A DNA stretch of 60,024 nt, counting the filler. It is 4 parts of 4 records of this genome, joined end to end, with 100 filler letters (N's around TTAATTAATTAA, not from the genome) between each part and the next. Parts side by side here need not be neighbours in the genome. Positions count along the whole stretch, not along the records: positions 1 to 20,319 come from DRR723986_17650; 3 more parts are not named here. One strand, given 5' to 3'. The stretch's first letter is position 1; the number at the start of each line of letters is the position of its first letter. Position numbers and translations under genes: made by a program. A model generated the notes under the pieces. The model did not search any database. It saw only the letters and a program-made list of their open reading frames with translations, and was not told where the DNA came from. This document shows positions 1 through 9,958 of this stretch, in pieces.

Positions 1-1019
1 TATCGTCGTGAGAATGCCCAAAGGCTTCTTATTAATCGATCTTCCTTTCCCTTGGTGCATTCGTTGGCGCCGTCGACAAACAGCGTGACCGGACACCCAA
101 TTAGTCTAGCCGCCTTGAGTAACGCCCCTATGGAAAGTGCGCCCAACAAGAGCACTTCGTCATCCAGCAGAGTACTTAAACGACCGTTGTAACTTTTTGC
201 AGCGACTGTCACCGGGATATGCTTCTTTGCGATTGAGCTCATAGCACAGCTATGAAGTAACAGTGATTTCCCGCAGCCCGAGGGGCCGGTAATTAGCCAG
301 TTTGACTCATTATCCATGACCTGCGTTCGGACGGTGTCTGCGTCCACCTGCGTTTGTCCACTTTGGTACTCATCCGGGATCAGTTTGTTCGCTACTGGGC
401 GGTAAGTTTCGGAAAATGCATCAAGATAGCTATCAATTTGGCGTTTAGCGTTGAGCAAAGACTGATCGCAGGCAGAGTTTGGCTCGTCTACTGCTTCAAG
501 AGATAAACGACGTGCTAGGTTTTCACATTCGGAGGCTGCTAGAGTCATGCCTGACGGTTGTTTAAGGACGTCTCCAAGCTCCCTGAGTGCTCCTACCGTT
601 ACTTTGAAGTCTCCCCTGGTGACAGACGAACCCTTCGGTATCTCTGGACAAATCGCAACAAAAGCTTTCCCATAGTCTTCCGGATCTGGCTTTATGAAAT
701 CGCGTAACGCAAAGCTCGCGTCTAGGGCTTGAGTATAGGCGTTCCGCATAGACCGCTTTCCATACGGGGTCTCCTGGTGCCAACGTCCATTTATGTTCCC
801 ATGAACGGGGAATCCGTAATATTTAGCTTCGATAATGAGCGTTGTATGCTCGCAAAACACCGCAAAATCGATTTGACGGCCCCCGACCTGAAAATTCGCG
901 AAAACATAATTTTGGCCTGGAACGGACTTTAGAAGTTCCGATACACATCTCAGGCATTGATACTCAGATTCATACTCGATCGGAGCACCGATAAATAGCT
1001 TCGAGATAGATTCATGCAT
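1..1019 (-). CDS. NERD-like nuclease fused to a NACHT/STAND-like P-loop NTPase (3' end runs off the window)
   Basis: Translated by hand; absent from the ORF track because no stop codon falls in the window. ATG at 1019 gives MHESISKLFIGAPIEYESE...FANFQVGGRQIDFAVFCEHTTLIIEAKYYGFPVHGNINGRW (NERD-type QID...IIEAK motif). Walker A GPSGCGKS at 264-287 and Walker B LFVDGANE at 60-83. The frame is open for 339 codons. Confidence 0.8.
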   Translation of the reverse strand, partial: MHESISKLFIGAPIEYESEYQCLRCVSELLKSVPGQNYVFANFQVGGRQIDFAVFCEHTTLIIEAKYYGFPVHGNINGRWHQETPYGKRSMRNAYTQALDASFALRDFIKPDPEDYGKAFVAICPEIPKGSSVTRGDFKVTVGALRELGDVLKQPSGMTLAASECENLARRLSLEAVDEPNSACDQSLLNAKRQIDSYLDAFSETYRPVANKLIPDEYQSGQTQVDADTVRTQVMDNESNWLITGPSGCGKSLLLHSCAMSSIAKKHIPVTVAAKSYNGRLSTLLDDEVLLLGALSIGALLKAARLIGCPVTLFVDGANECTKGKEDRLIRSLWAFSRR

Positions 1020-1097
1020 CTGGTTTGGCTTCAAATTAGGACATTATCGCTAAATAAGATTCACTCGAAGAGCGGAGTTCCAAGCGTGCACCCTTGC

Positions 1098-2963
1098 TCA
1101 GATGGCGTCCAATATGGTCGTCCCATCTATTGTTTCGACTCCCGCTGGGGCCAACAATTCCTGTATCCAGCCTATAGCGCGCCCTCGTTCAACGCACTGG
1201 GAAAAGAACGCACGTTGCTTTGCTCTGGTAAAGGCAACGAAGAAGGTATTCAGCTCTTCACCACGGTCCGGTTTAAGGCTCCACCAAGTCTGATTGTCGA
1301 GTCCGTAAAATATCATCGTATGGAATTCAAGGCCTTTGCTTTTATGGACGGTCATTAGAGCGACCTGGCCAATACCTTCGAACTCATCCAGCGCTTCCGT
1401 CCAGGCACTACTATGTTCTGCACACTCTTTCAAGAGTGTGACGAATCCACTCCACACCCGCTCAAAATCCCTTTCCTGTTGATAAGCGGGAAATGATCGC
1501 CGCAACACAGGAGCTCCAATGAATTCAAGAAGCATCTCTGCAATTTTTTCTGCCGAATCTGGATCAGGCTCGCGACGCGCCAGCTCTGCTCTTAATTGAC
1601 GGACGAATGCTTCAAGCTTAACCCGCAATCGTTCGTGTGTAAGATGGTTATCCGGATCAGCAGCCTCCAGAAACAGATAGTTCAGCTGTGCCTGCTCCCA
1701 GTTTTCAGGGCTTCGGTCAGTCGCTCCCAATCGAAGCAAAGGAACGAATATGCCGGAGAGCTCTTCAGTAAGTAGATCTTGTATCTGGATCTCACCGACT
1801 GAACGGGCCGCATTTCTGATCCTGAGAGCTCGTGCCGCAAAAGCAGGGGCTATCTCACCTTCTACCTGATCTGCCCGCATTCTGATCAAAATTGCTATAT
1901 CATGTGGCTCGACTCGCCCTGACCGGACCTCACGGCTCACCCATTCAGCCAGATAATTGTTCTCGTCATCTGCGCTCCGGAATTGCCAGATGGCCGAAAC
2001 CTCCCCTTCTATTTCACGGGTCCCTTGTGCCTGCGCTTCTTCCACATGATTGTCTATACGGCGAGCAATCTGATGCTGAATACGCACCAAATCCACATGT
2101 GATCGCCAGTTTGACAGCAGTGTTATGCGTCTGGCGTCGAAGTCGTTTTCAAACTGATCGAAGGCATCATCCATGGCACCCGCCCATCCCATGATGCGCT
2201 GCTTATCATCACCGACTGCCGTAAAGATAGCATCGCTACCATCGAACGCCGTTCGCAGCATGTCGTACTGGGCATAGGTAGTATCTTGGTATTCATCAAG
2301 AAAGACGATTGGATATGTTGCCTGTAAAGCCCTGCGGATATATAAATTCTCCTGAAGCAAAAGTTTTACAAGCCTGTTTATCATCGGGAAGGACAGCGAA
2401 ATCTCCTCGTCCCCGAAGAATCGTTCATGCCAGTACTCTGCCAATGCGCGATGTAATTCAGAGCCATTAGATTCGTCAATTGGCAGGTCTGTCAGAGCCA
2501 CTCTTTTCTCAAGACGCTGAGCATCAACGCCTCGATATCCGTGACGTTGGAGAAATTTCTCATAATCCCGACGAAACGGCGTAACGATCTGATACGTGCC
2601 GTGTGCATTGAATGGCTCCGGTATGGCAGGTCGAAACCGATCCAAAAGTCCCTTTGTAAAGGCATCGAAAGTAATTGAATCAAAGCGCCGCGCCTGATCT
2701 CTCGGACAACGCTTTGAAACCCTATCTTCGAGGTTTCGGGCGGCATCTTTTTTAAAGCTAATGGCAAGGATACGCCTAGGGGCTGAACAAATACCTGTCT
2801 GCAAAAGATAGGTAGCCTTCTGTGCTAGAAACTCAGTTTTTCCGGCACCAGCACCAGCTGTTACAAGGACGCTGTTCTCGGTTTCACGTAAAGCCTCCCA
2901 CGCCCGATCTTCCAGACCAGCGACCCCCTGCGGTACCCAGTCGATTTTTCTGACGCGGGTCAC
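1098..2963 (-). CDS. gajB: UvrD/SF1 helicase, GajB-like
   Basis: AGAGAGKT, FLDEYQDT, VGDDKQRIMGW, NWRS, MTVHKSKGLEF and FVAFTRAK motifs; overlaps the upstream OLD nuclease gene by 1 bp. Confidence 0.85.
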   Translation of the reverse strand: MTRVRKIDWVPQGVAGLEDRAWEALRETENSVLVTAGAGAGKTEFLAQKATYLLQTGICSAPRRILAISFKKDAARNLEDRVSKRCPRDQARRFDSITFDAFTKGLLDRFRPAIPEPFNAHGTYQIVTPFRRDYEKFLQRHGYRGVDAQRLEKRVALTDLPIDESNGSELHRALAEYWHERFFGDEEISLSFPMINRLVKLLLQENLYIRRALQATYPIVFLDEYQDTTYAQYDMLRTAFDGSDAIFTAVGDDKQRIMGWAGAMDDAFDQFENDFDARRITLLSNWRSHVDLVRIQHQIARRIDNHVEEAQAQGTREIEGEVSAIWQFRSADDENNYLAEWVSREVRSGRVEPHDIAILIRMRADQVEGEIAPAFAARALRIRNAARSVGEIQIQDLLTEELSGIFVPLLRLGATDRSPENWEQAQLNYLFLEAADPDNHLTHERLRVKLEAFVRQLRAELARREPDPDSAEKIAEMLLEFIGAPVLRRSFPAYQQERDFERVWSGFVTLLKECAEHSSAWTEALDEFEGIGQVALMTVHKSKGLEFHTMIFYGLDNQTWWSLKPDRGEELNTFFVAFTRAKQRAFFSQCVERGRAIGWIQELLAPAGVETIDGTTILDAI

Positions 2964-4948
2964 TATTCCTCTCCTGCCAGACCAAGCTTTTGTTTAACAT
3001 GCTCAATGAGTGCCCTAAGCTCAGGAGGAGAGGCGCTGGCCAATTCAGCGTCCGAAATTCGGGCAAAAGCCGCCATGTGAGCTTCAGGCTTACTACGATT
3101 AAGGAATAAGTACGGATACCATCTGAACAACCCATCGTAATGACGACCGTATAAGGCGGGGGTTCCGCCCGTTTTCAAGGTAGTGTGTTTCCTGGACTGA
3201 ATTGCCTTCGCACCTCCCATTGGTCCGCGTCCGCCCGGGTGCGGTACCTGGTAGGCCTGCGGAAACGCACTCAGCATGGCAAAGTCGAGGTCAATAGGGT
3301 AGGAAAAGAAAACACCTTCATCCTGAAAAGCCCGAAGCCAGTTATCTCGCAGCTCTCCGCCAACGAGAAGTTGTTTGTCGGTAAGTCCATCGACTTGATC
3401 GGGATAAATGTCGCCAAGAAGGTATGGTTCATTATTCCGGAAGTCATTCCCAATATCCGCCAGATTATTGATGCAGCTTCTCATGGCGACCGCCCCTCCA
3501 TGCCTGCGCCCTAAATCAAGGTCGAGCAGTGTGGCATGTGGAATATCAAGATCATTAAGTAACCGCCAAAAATGGGCAACAAACCGTCCGCCTAGTGGAA
3601 CGACGGGAACGAATGATGGATCAAGGGAAACACCCATCTCCTCTGCAATTTTTGGAATAACGACGCGCTCTGAATCACCCTCACCTAAAATTACAACCCT
3701 TGCAAAATATAGTTCGGGGTATGCTTTGACCGCTAGCCTGACATAGACGCTTGCCTCATCCCCTTCCTCCGGCAAGGTTAGCTTACGAATCGATGAGCGC
3801 CGGGCTCCCCGATCCATACGAAAGTATCTCACTTCTTCAGGCTCTATCCGGCTCAGAATCGCAGGGGAATGGCTGGAGAGCATGACCTGCGCGGAACACA
3901 GTTCGCCTATCTCCCTCGCCTGCTTCACAATACGAGACAGAAAGAAAGGCGACAGGCTGTTCTCAGGTTCTTCGATGGCGAGGATCGTCAGATGAATGCG
4001 CCGTAACTTATCCTGTTCAAATGAGCTGTCCTCAGCAGGCAACGCAAAAGCTTCCCTCTCAGTTTCAAGCGTTGCCGCTGTGAGAGCGATATGGAACAGA
4101 GAGCGCTGACCGTCACTCAGTTCAGACAGTGGACGCTCCTGACCTTCTTCGTCAGGGGTAAAAGTAAATTCGGCTCTACGAACAAGCTCCTCAAAACGGT
4201 TTTCAATGAGCCTTAAACGGGGCCTACTGTCGGTATCGGCCTCGTGGACCTGTTGCCAACGCGTAGAAAGACGGTCCAGCAGAACCTTCGACGCCTCTTC
4301 CTCCTCGAAACGGTTTTGGATTTCTCCCGCACTACAAGAGCTCGCTTCCCTGAATGCCGACGACCATTTGGCGGCCTGCCACAACCGACCTTTGAGAAGA
4401 GCAGTAACCTGCGTTGTTGCGTCTCGGTTTGCCGGTAAGTAGATAAATTGGATGGCGGACCGCTCTACGGCCTGCACCCTAGAACATTCTTCCCAGTCGA
4501 AATCATCACTCAGTGATCTTATCCAGCGTAGATCCTCTTCAATTGATCCTTCCGGCGTCCCATCATCTGTCCAAGTTGCCTTTAGTCGGATCCGCGCCTT
4601 GAGCGGCTCTCCCTCATCCGAAGCCGCCATCTGATTGAAAAATTCCGGAATGGCATCAAGTGAAGAGTCCTCCTCTGCTGCCAGTTCGGGGAAAGAAAGT
4701 ACCGCTTCTACAAATAGGCTGTCGCCGGAACGCAGTTCCTGCCGATCAACAGGTACATGAAAATCTCGGCGCTGTACCGATCGCTGTGCTGATGACGTAC
4801 CAAACAGTCTGGACACCGCTTGCAACAATGCCGTCTTCCCGGATCCGTTTCCACCAACAAGTGTCGTCAGCACTTCCTCGAAATCGAGTACTTCTGTCTC
4901 GTTTCCAAAACAACGGAAGTTCTGTAATCGTACTTTCTCGATTTTCAT
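2963..4948 (-). CDS. gajA: OLD-family ATP-dependent endonuclease (ABC ATPase + Toprim), GajA-like
   Basis: LQNFRCF start, GGNGSGKT Walker A, LSDGQ signature, AIEEPEN Walker B, SSHSP, Toprim ILGEGDSE and LLDLD. Confidence 0.88.
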   Translation of the reverse strand: MKIEKVRLQNFRCFGNETEVLDFEEVLTTLVGGNGSGKTALLQAVSRLFGTSSAQRSVQRRDFHVPVDRQELRSGDSLFVEAVLSFPELAAEEDSSLDAIPEFFNQMAASDEGEPLKARIRLKATWTDDGTPEGSIEEDLRWIRSLSDDFDWEECSRVQAVERSAIQFIYLPANRDATTQVTALLKGRLWQAAKWSSAFREASSCSAGEIQNRFEEEEASKVLLDRLSTRWQQVHEADTDSRPRLRLIENRFEELVRRAEFTFTPDEEGQERPLSELSDGQRSLFHIALTAATLETEREAFALPAEDSSFEQDKLRRIHLTILAIEEPENSLSPFFLSRIVKQAREIGELCSAQVMLSSHSPAILSRIEPEEVRYFRMDRGARRSSIRKLTLPEEGDEASVYVRLAVKAYPELYFARVVILGEGDSERVVIPKIAEEMGVSLDPSFVPVVPLGGRFVAHFWRLLNDLDIPHATLLDLDLGRRHGGAVAMRSCINNLADIGNDFRNNEPYLLGDIYPDQVDGLTDKQLLVGGELRDNWLRAFQDEGVFFSYPIDLDFAMLSAFPQAYQVPHPGGRGPMGGAKAIQSRKHTTLKTGGTPALYGRHYDGLFRWYPYLFLNRSKPEAHMAAFARISDAELASASPPELRALIEHVKQKLGLAGEE

Positions 4949-5409
4949 CCATGATTACCTTTTGTCGTTGGGGCTTTAACTATCGATTCCAGAAATGGAT
5001 ATGCTAACCACGCAATCTTATTACTAAGGTATCGTTCCCGATCACGATGGCAATTGTGCTGTCACAACAGGGCCTACCAACCACCCCATTCAGAATTTAT
5101 GGCGCCTCTTAGCAAGTCCCTTCACGACGCATTGCTCTCAAACGATAGCGGCAATTCCGAAATGTTATTTTGCGAGGATTATCATACAGTAAATAAACCT
5201 TTTAATGCCTTGAGGGAGTCGATCAAATTCATCGACAAGCGAGCGAAAGATCTGGGACGCTAATTTCTCGGTATTGCTAGGGCAACAACTGTTGCGGTGA
5301 GATATGAGACAAAATCCCGCGCGCAATTTGATCAATTATTCAAACGGTACAAAATATTTCTCAACGGTCGATCTCAATATCATTTTAACGACATTGAGCA
5401 TGGCCTATT

Positions 5410-6150
5410 TCAATGAAAATCCACACCCTCCAGAAAATGTGCTCCGTCGAACGTTAGCACATTCGTGTATACCTCTGTGGACTCCACGCTACGGTGACCG
5501 AGCAACTGACTTACAAACTTCAACGGCCGCCCGTGCAGCAGCAAATGCACCGCAAAGCTGTGCCGAAAGGTATGGCAGCCAATCTTGAACGGCGGTTCTC
5601 CCCCGACCTGCTCGATCAGCCTGTCGATATTGGCACTGACCGCCTGGCGCGTAATCGGAAAGATCCGCTCGTCCTTCCGAAACTTTCCCATCCACAGGTG
5701 GCTCTGGATCCGGGTCTGGAAGTCCCGATCGAGGATCGGGATGAAGCGCTTGGGCGAGCGTTGCAGACTGCGTTTGCTCGGCCGCCCTGCCCCTTGTTTG
5801 AGTGTCTTGAGGACCACCCCGAAGTCGTAGCCGTCATCCATGAAACTCCCCGGCGTGATCGCGAGCGCCTCGGAGACCCGCGCGCCAGTGCACCACATCA
5901 GATCCAGGATCAGCCGGTGCATGGGGTGGGTTTCGGCCTCCAGCAGCGTCAGCACCTCGGGCTTGAGGAGGTACTTGGGCATGGTGTCGAGGGTCTCCAG
6001 CAGCAGCGGCCGCTTGTCGATGAGCCGGTCCCAATCGATGGTGACTTCCTGGATCGGGAACGAGACCAGCGGCCGCTCCTGAAAGCCGAGCGAACGCGTA
6101 TTTCGAGACGGGCGCGGAAATGATCGCGCGCTGGTGATGGATTTTGACAT
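5410..6150 (-). CDS. Tyrosine recombinase / plasmid-type resolvase (ResD-like)
   Basis: Catalytic set TGARVSE, HTFRH, LLGH, STEVY; only 246 aa, so probably lacks an N-terminal arm-binding domain. Confidence 0.9.
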   Translation of the reverse strand: MSKSITSARSFPRPSRNTRSLGFQERPLVSFPIQEVTIDWDRLIDKRPLLLETLDTMPKYLLKPEVLTLLEAETHPMHRLILDLMWCTGARVSEALAITPGSFMDDGYDFGVVLKTLKQGAGRPSKRSLQRSPKRFIPILDRDFQTRIQSHLWMGKFRKDERIFPITRQAVSANIDRLIEQVGGEPPFKIGCHTFRHSFAVHLLLHGRPLKFVSQLLGHRSVESTEVYTNVLTFDGAHFLEGVDFH

Positions 6151-6263
6151 TTCCCCTCCGGGGTTCTGTCAATTTCAGGGAGGAATTACAGGCCCGGCCA
6201 AGCGCCCTCTTCCGGTCCCCTAAGTATGGCAAGTGTCCGGAAAACTGCAAGAAACGGGGGTTG

Positions 6264-6290
6264 GTTGACGAAATACCGGGTAACGTCAAC
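6264..6290. promoter_or_regulatory. Inverted repeat GTTGACG-N13-CGTCAAC between the resolvase and tnsA; possible recombinase or regulator site
   Basis: Perfect 7-bp inverted arms in the divergent intergenic region; function is inferred. Confidence 0.3.
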
Positions 6291-6305
6291 AAATATCACA
6301 CTGGG

Positions 6306-6318
6306 CAGAAAGCGGTTT
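6306..6318 (+). repeat. 13-bp direct repeat CAGAAAGCGGTTT, copy 1
   Basis: Identical to 11439-11451; the two copies bracket tnsABC-tniQ. Confidence 0.7.
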
Positions 6319-6411
6319 TCTGGCTAAACTTTGACCAGTTGTGAGTTAGGCCGTCTCATAACGTCAGCCCACTGGTATTAAGCCAAGGGCAAGCTGAGGA
6401 GGCCTATTGTT

Positions 6412-7110
6412 GTGCAGATCCGTGCGTCCCAAACACCTAAGTTTGCTAGCGCCCTGCGCGTCGGTGCTGCGAACGGTGGCCTCGTTCCGAATCAACAGCC
6501 CACACCATTAAAGCTGACGAAAAGGGCGGATTATTACGAGCAGCATTGCGTCAAATACCCACACCGGGCGTCCTTTCACAGTTATGCGGAGTTTATCCAT
6601 GCGCTGTTGCTGGAGGCGGATGTCGATGTAACCTCTTTCGTGCCTCAGCCCTACCGTTTGCGCATCGGGCGAAAGCTATACACGCCGGACGTCTATGTCG
6701 TGCGTAATGGGCGAATCACAGTAGGGGAACTGAAACCCGCTGGGCGGTCACTCCCGGACGCCTGGCTGTGCGCTCTGGAAGCCTTTTTTACCCATCAGAA
6801 CATCCACTTTGAAATGATCAGCAACGAGGACGTCCTGGAACATGAGACCCTGGCGCTTCATTGGTTGCCCATCGTTCAGGTTCTGGCAGAAGCGCAACGA
6901 GAGGGCGTCGAAACTACGTTCGAAGAGGATGAGCTGCTAAGGGAGTTGCTGGAGTGTCGCTGTCTTGCTGTCCGCGAACTCCTGACGGAAGGGCCGAGAG
7001 ATGACCGTTATCGGCGTGAACTGGCGTTGCTGCGGTTGCTACACCAGCATCGAATTGAAGCAGATCTCAGCGAGGCACCCTGGGATTACGACACAGTGGT
7101 GCAACTGTGA
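6412..7110 (+). CDS. tnsA: TnsA-like PD-(D/E)xK endonuclease
   Basis: LLEADVDVTSFVPQP...YTPDVYV...GELKP; AGGAGG RBS upstream of the GTG start. Confidence 0.8.
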   Translation: MQIRASQTPKFASALRVGAANGGLVPNQQPTPLKLTKRADYYEQHCVKYPHRASFHSYAEFIHALLLEADVDVTSFVPQPYRLRIGRKLYTPDVYVVRNGRITVGELKPAGRSLPDAWLCALEAFFTHQNIHFEMISNEDVLEHETLALHWLPIVQVLAEAQREGVETTFEEDELLRELLECRCLAVRELLTEGPRDDRYRRELALLRLLHQHRIEADLSEAPWDYDTVVQL

Positions 7111-8990
7111 GCATCTCATGGCGCGAGCGGCTGAATGCAGAACCCCACTGGCAGGATTTCAACCATTGGCCCTTCATTGATGTACAGACTTTGTCGAAAG
7201 ATGCAAGACGAGCCTACCAACGAAACGTTGAAATCGTGCATGCCGTGTTGTCTGGCGAGCTTATGCGAGAGGTGGCCCAGCGCCATCAACTAGATCCGAG
7301 CCGAGTTACCCAGCTGATGAATCGCTGTCTCGGCGGTGCTCCCGATGTCGAACCGGCGTTAAGTTCGGGTCTCGTACTCCATCAGCGCCTAGGGGCATCC
7401 AGTCGTCAATCACCGTTGCCGGCACATGGTAAGAAAGGAGGGGCCCGGTGTTCCTTTCAAAACTTGCTTGATTCGGTTCCGGGATTAGAGGCCCAACTGA
7501 ATGAAAGGGTCCGCCTTTCGGTCCGCCAATCCAGACACGGTCAGAATCTCAGCGCTAAAGCACTACATGCGACTTTTCTGGCCCACCTTGAAAGCCAAAA
7601 CTGGCCCCGGGATGTCTATCCCTACACGTCGGTATCCCGTGGCTACGAGTCTGTCCGCCGATTCCTGAACCGACGAACGGCTGAACTGACCGTGCCGAAG
7701 CCCCCAACTCGCGAGATTCTCTCTCGACAACTGGCATCGCGAGTGTTCCAGGAAATCCAGATAGATGAGCACACAGTTGACTGTAAGGGAGCGGCAGCTG
7801 TGGTTTTCCAAAATCAAATGCAGCCGATGCGCCTCTCGCGGATCTCCGCGCTGGTCGCACGGGATGTCGCCACCGGTTGCTACCTGGCTCACACCGTGGC
7901 GCTCACCCAACATCCCGCCGCAGACGATGTGCTTACCCTATTCGAGGCGATGACCCGACCCTGGGAGCCTATGGAATTGACCACGCCGGGGCTGAGCTAC
8001 GCTTCAGAGACCCCCTTTCCATCGGCGCTGGGTGAAGCCTTCCTGCGACCGGCGTTCGGAATCATCCGACTCGACAATGCTCTCTCCCATTTATCCCACA
8101 CCGTGCGGTTGATGATCACACAGACGATGCTTGCAACCGCCAATTTTGGCCTTCCCCGCCTGCCCAAAGGACGCAACCTGATTGAACAGGCTTTCGGTCG
8201 GTTGAATGTTGATATTCATCGTTTTCCCTCGACCACAGGGAGTCATCCTGTGGATCCGGCCCGAGAACCTCACAAAAACCAGAAAAAAGCTCCTTATGTG
8301 TCACTAAAGATCTTGGAGGAAGTTCTCAGTGTATTACTCGCCGAGTTCAACGTTCGACCTTTGGCGAACCAAGGCGCCGTTTCTCCGATTGAGCAGGTGC
8401 GCTATCAGATGAGCCACCATTTACTGCCATTGCGTTCCCCGCATCGCGGCCCGGCTCTGGCGCCGTTCGAAAGCGTGCGCGAAGTGACCGTGCGTCGACC
8501 AGAACGAGATCGAAAGCTACGAATAAACTTCGAAAAAGTGAGTTACGAAGGCCCCGCTCTGAAATCGTCCGAATTGGCCAACCAAAAAGTGGTTATCCGT
8601 TTCGATCGGCGTGACATCCGGTCACTTCAGGTCCAATCCCTCGATGGTCGCGCACTAGGAGAGGTCTACGCGCCTCGCACGTGGCAACGCTTCGGGCACA
8701 GCCTTGCTACACGGAAACGCATCAATCGACTCATTCGAGAAGGTTATATCTCACGGCGCGATCCTCTTGGAGAGTACTTCGACTATACCGCGGCGCATCG
8801 CAAGCTCCCCAGTCAGGCTCTAACGCTGGTACAGCTTTCAAGGGAGTTTGGCATGAACACCCCCTCACCAACGTTGGCAGAGCCTGTGGAATTCGCTGAG
8901 GAACCTACGACGGCGAATGAGAAGAGTGTTGCCGAAAAGCTTAAGGAGCTGCCACCATGGAGTGCAGAAATGGTCCGCAATCGACGGTAA
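7107..8990 (+). CDS. tnsB: TnsB-like DDE transposase
   Basis: IQIDEH (D), IRLDNA (D), GRNLIEQAF (E); Mu-transposase-like C-terminal segment IRFDRRDIRSL. Confidence 0.85.
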   Translation: MSISWRERLNAEPHWQDFNHWPFIDVQTLSKDARRAYQRNVEIVHAVLSGELMREVAQRHQLDPSRVTQLMNRCLGGAPDVEPALSSGLVLHQRLGASSRQSPLPAHGKKGGARCSFQNLLDSVPGLEAQLNERVRLSVRQSRHGQNLSAKALHATFLAHLESQNWPRDVYPYTSVSRGYESVRRFLNRRTAELTVPKPPTREILSRQLASRVFQEIQIDEHTVDCKGAAAVVFQNQMQPMRLSRISALVARDVATGCYLAHTVALTQHPAADDVLTLFEAMTRPWEPMELTTPGLSYASETPFPSALGEAFLRPAFGIIRLDNALSHLSHTVRLMITQTMLATANFGLPRLPKGRNLIEQAFGRLNVDIHRFPSTTGSHPVDPAREPHKNQKKAPYVSLKILEEVLSVLLAEFNVRPLANQGAVSPIEQVRYQMSHHLLPLRSPHRGPALAPFESVREVTVRRPERDRKLRINFEKVSYEGPALKSSELANQKVVIRFDRRDIRSLQVQSLDGRALGEVYAPRTWQRFGHSLATRKRINRLIREGYISRRDPLGEYFDYTAAHRKLPSQALTLVQLSREFGMNTPSPTLAEPVEFAEEPTTANEKSVAEKLKELPPWSAEMVRNRR

Positions 8991-8995
8991 GCGAA

Positions 8996-9958
8996 ATGAG
9001 GGAACCGGCTTCCAAGCTAGCCGACGCTAGCAGTTTCTTCATTCCCACACCTATGGTAGACGCTCTCCATAAACGTCTTGAGGAATGGACCCAATGTGGC
9101 CACACCGGTGGTCTAGTTCTCGGCGAGGCCCGTCAGGGTAAGACCACAGCCGTGCGAGCGCTGAGTGATCGCCTTACCAACCGTGACAATCAAACCATTC
9201 CCCTGTTTCGCATGCACTTTGGACGCCGGGATGCGGACAGTGTTCGGGCCGTATTCGTAAAAATAGCCCGTAGTTTAGGGTACCAAGTCCGACGGCACCA
9301 GACCTCGGATGAATTGCAGGAGCAGATCAGTGTTCGACTGGCAGAAGCTGCTTTAATCAACGGCGATCGAAAGGTCGTGCTTGTTGTCGACGAAGCCCAA
9401 ATGCTCAGCCTGCAGCAATTTGACGCATTCTCCGAAATCTACAATCAGCTTTTTGATTTAAGAATCAATTTTGTGGTGTTCTTTGTCGCCAACCAAGACC
9501 TTTTTCAGCCACTGGCTCAAACATTGCTCAGTGACGAGTACCGGTATTTACGGGACCGCTTCTTCAATAACCTTACCTACTACTATGGGATCCGTAGCGA
9601 AAAAGAACTTGCTCGGTGTCTGGCGGGGTACGACAACTACCCGGTAACAGAGGATGAGCGCATGACGGCAACCGCCTACTTCTGCCCTAGTCTTTACGAA
9701 CGCGGATGGCGGCTTGCGCACTTGGCATCCGCATATTGGCGACATTATCGGGAACGTTATGGAGTGCCCCTGCGCCAAAAAGCCTGGGGGATGAACCAGT
9801 TCATTCGTAGTACCAACCTCTTGCTTATGGACTATCTTCCCTTGTGCTGCGATCCAGCGGATACGTCCATGCTCGAAGCCTGCATCATTAAAAGCCTCGG
9901 AGCGGCCGGCATTGAGCCCGCATTGGCACAATTGTTCAAGGAGCCTGCCGATGGTTAA
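8996..9958 (+). CDS. tnsC: TnsC/TniB-like AAA+ ATPase
   Basis: Walker A GEARQGKT and Walker B LVVDEAQ; start placed at the ATG just after the tnsB stop. Confidence 0.85.
   Translation: MREPASKLADASSFFIPTPMVDALHKRLEEWTQCGHTGGLVLGEARQGKTTAVRALSDRLTNRDNQTIPLFRMHFGRRDADSVRAVFVKIARSLGYQVRRHQTSDELQEQISVRLAEAALINGDRKVVLVVDEAQMLSLQQFDAFSEIYNQLFDLRINFVVFFVANQDLFQPLAQTLLSDEYRYLRDRFFNNLTYYYGIRSEKELARCLAGYDNYPVTEDERMTATAYFCPSLYERGWRLAHLASAYWRHYRERYGVPLRQKAWGMNQFIRSTNLLLMDYLPLCCDPADTSMLEACIIKSLGAAGIEPALAQLFKEPADG

Noticed and set aside
562-932. Small ORFs 562-783 (-) and 729-932 (+)
   Set aside because: They overlap the motif-bearing NERD-NTPase frame.
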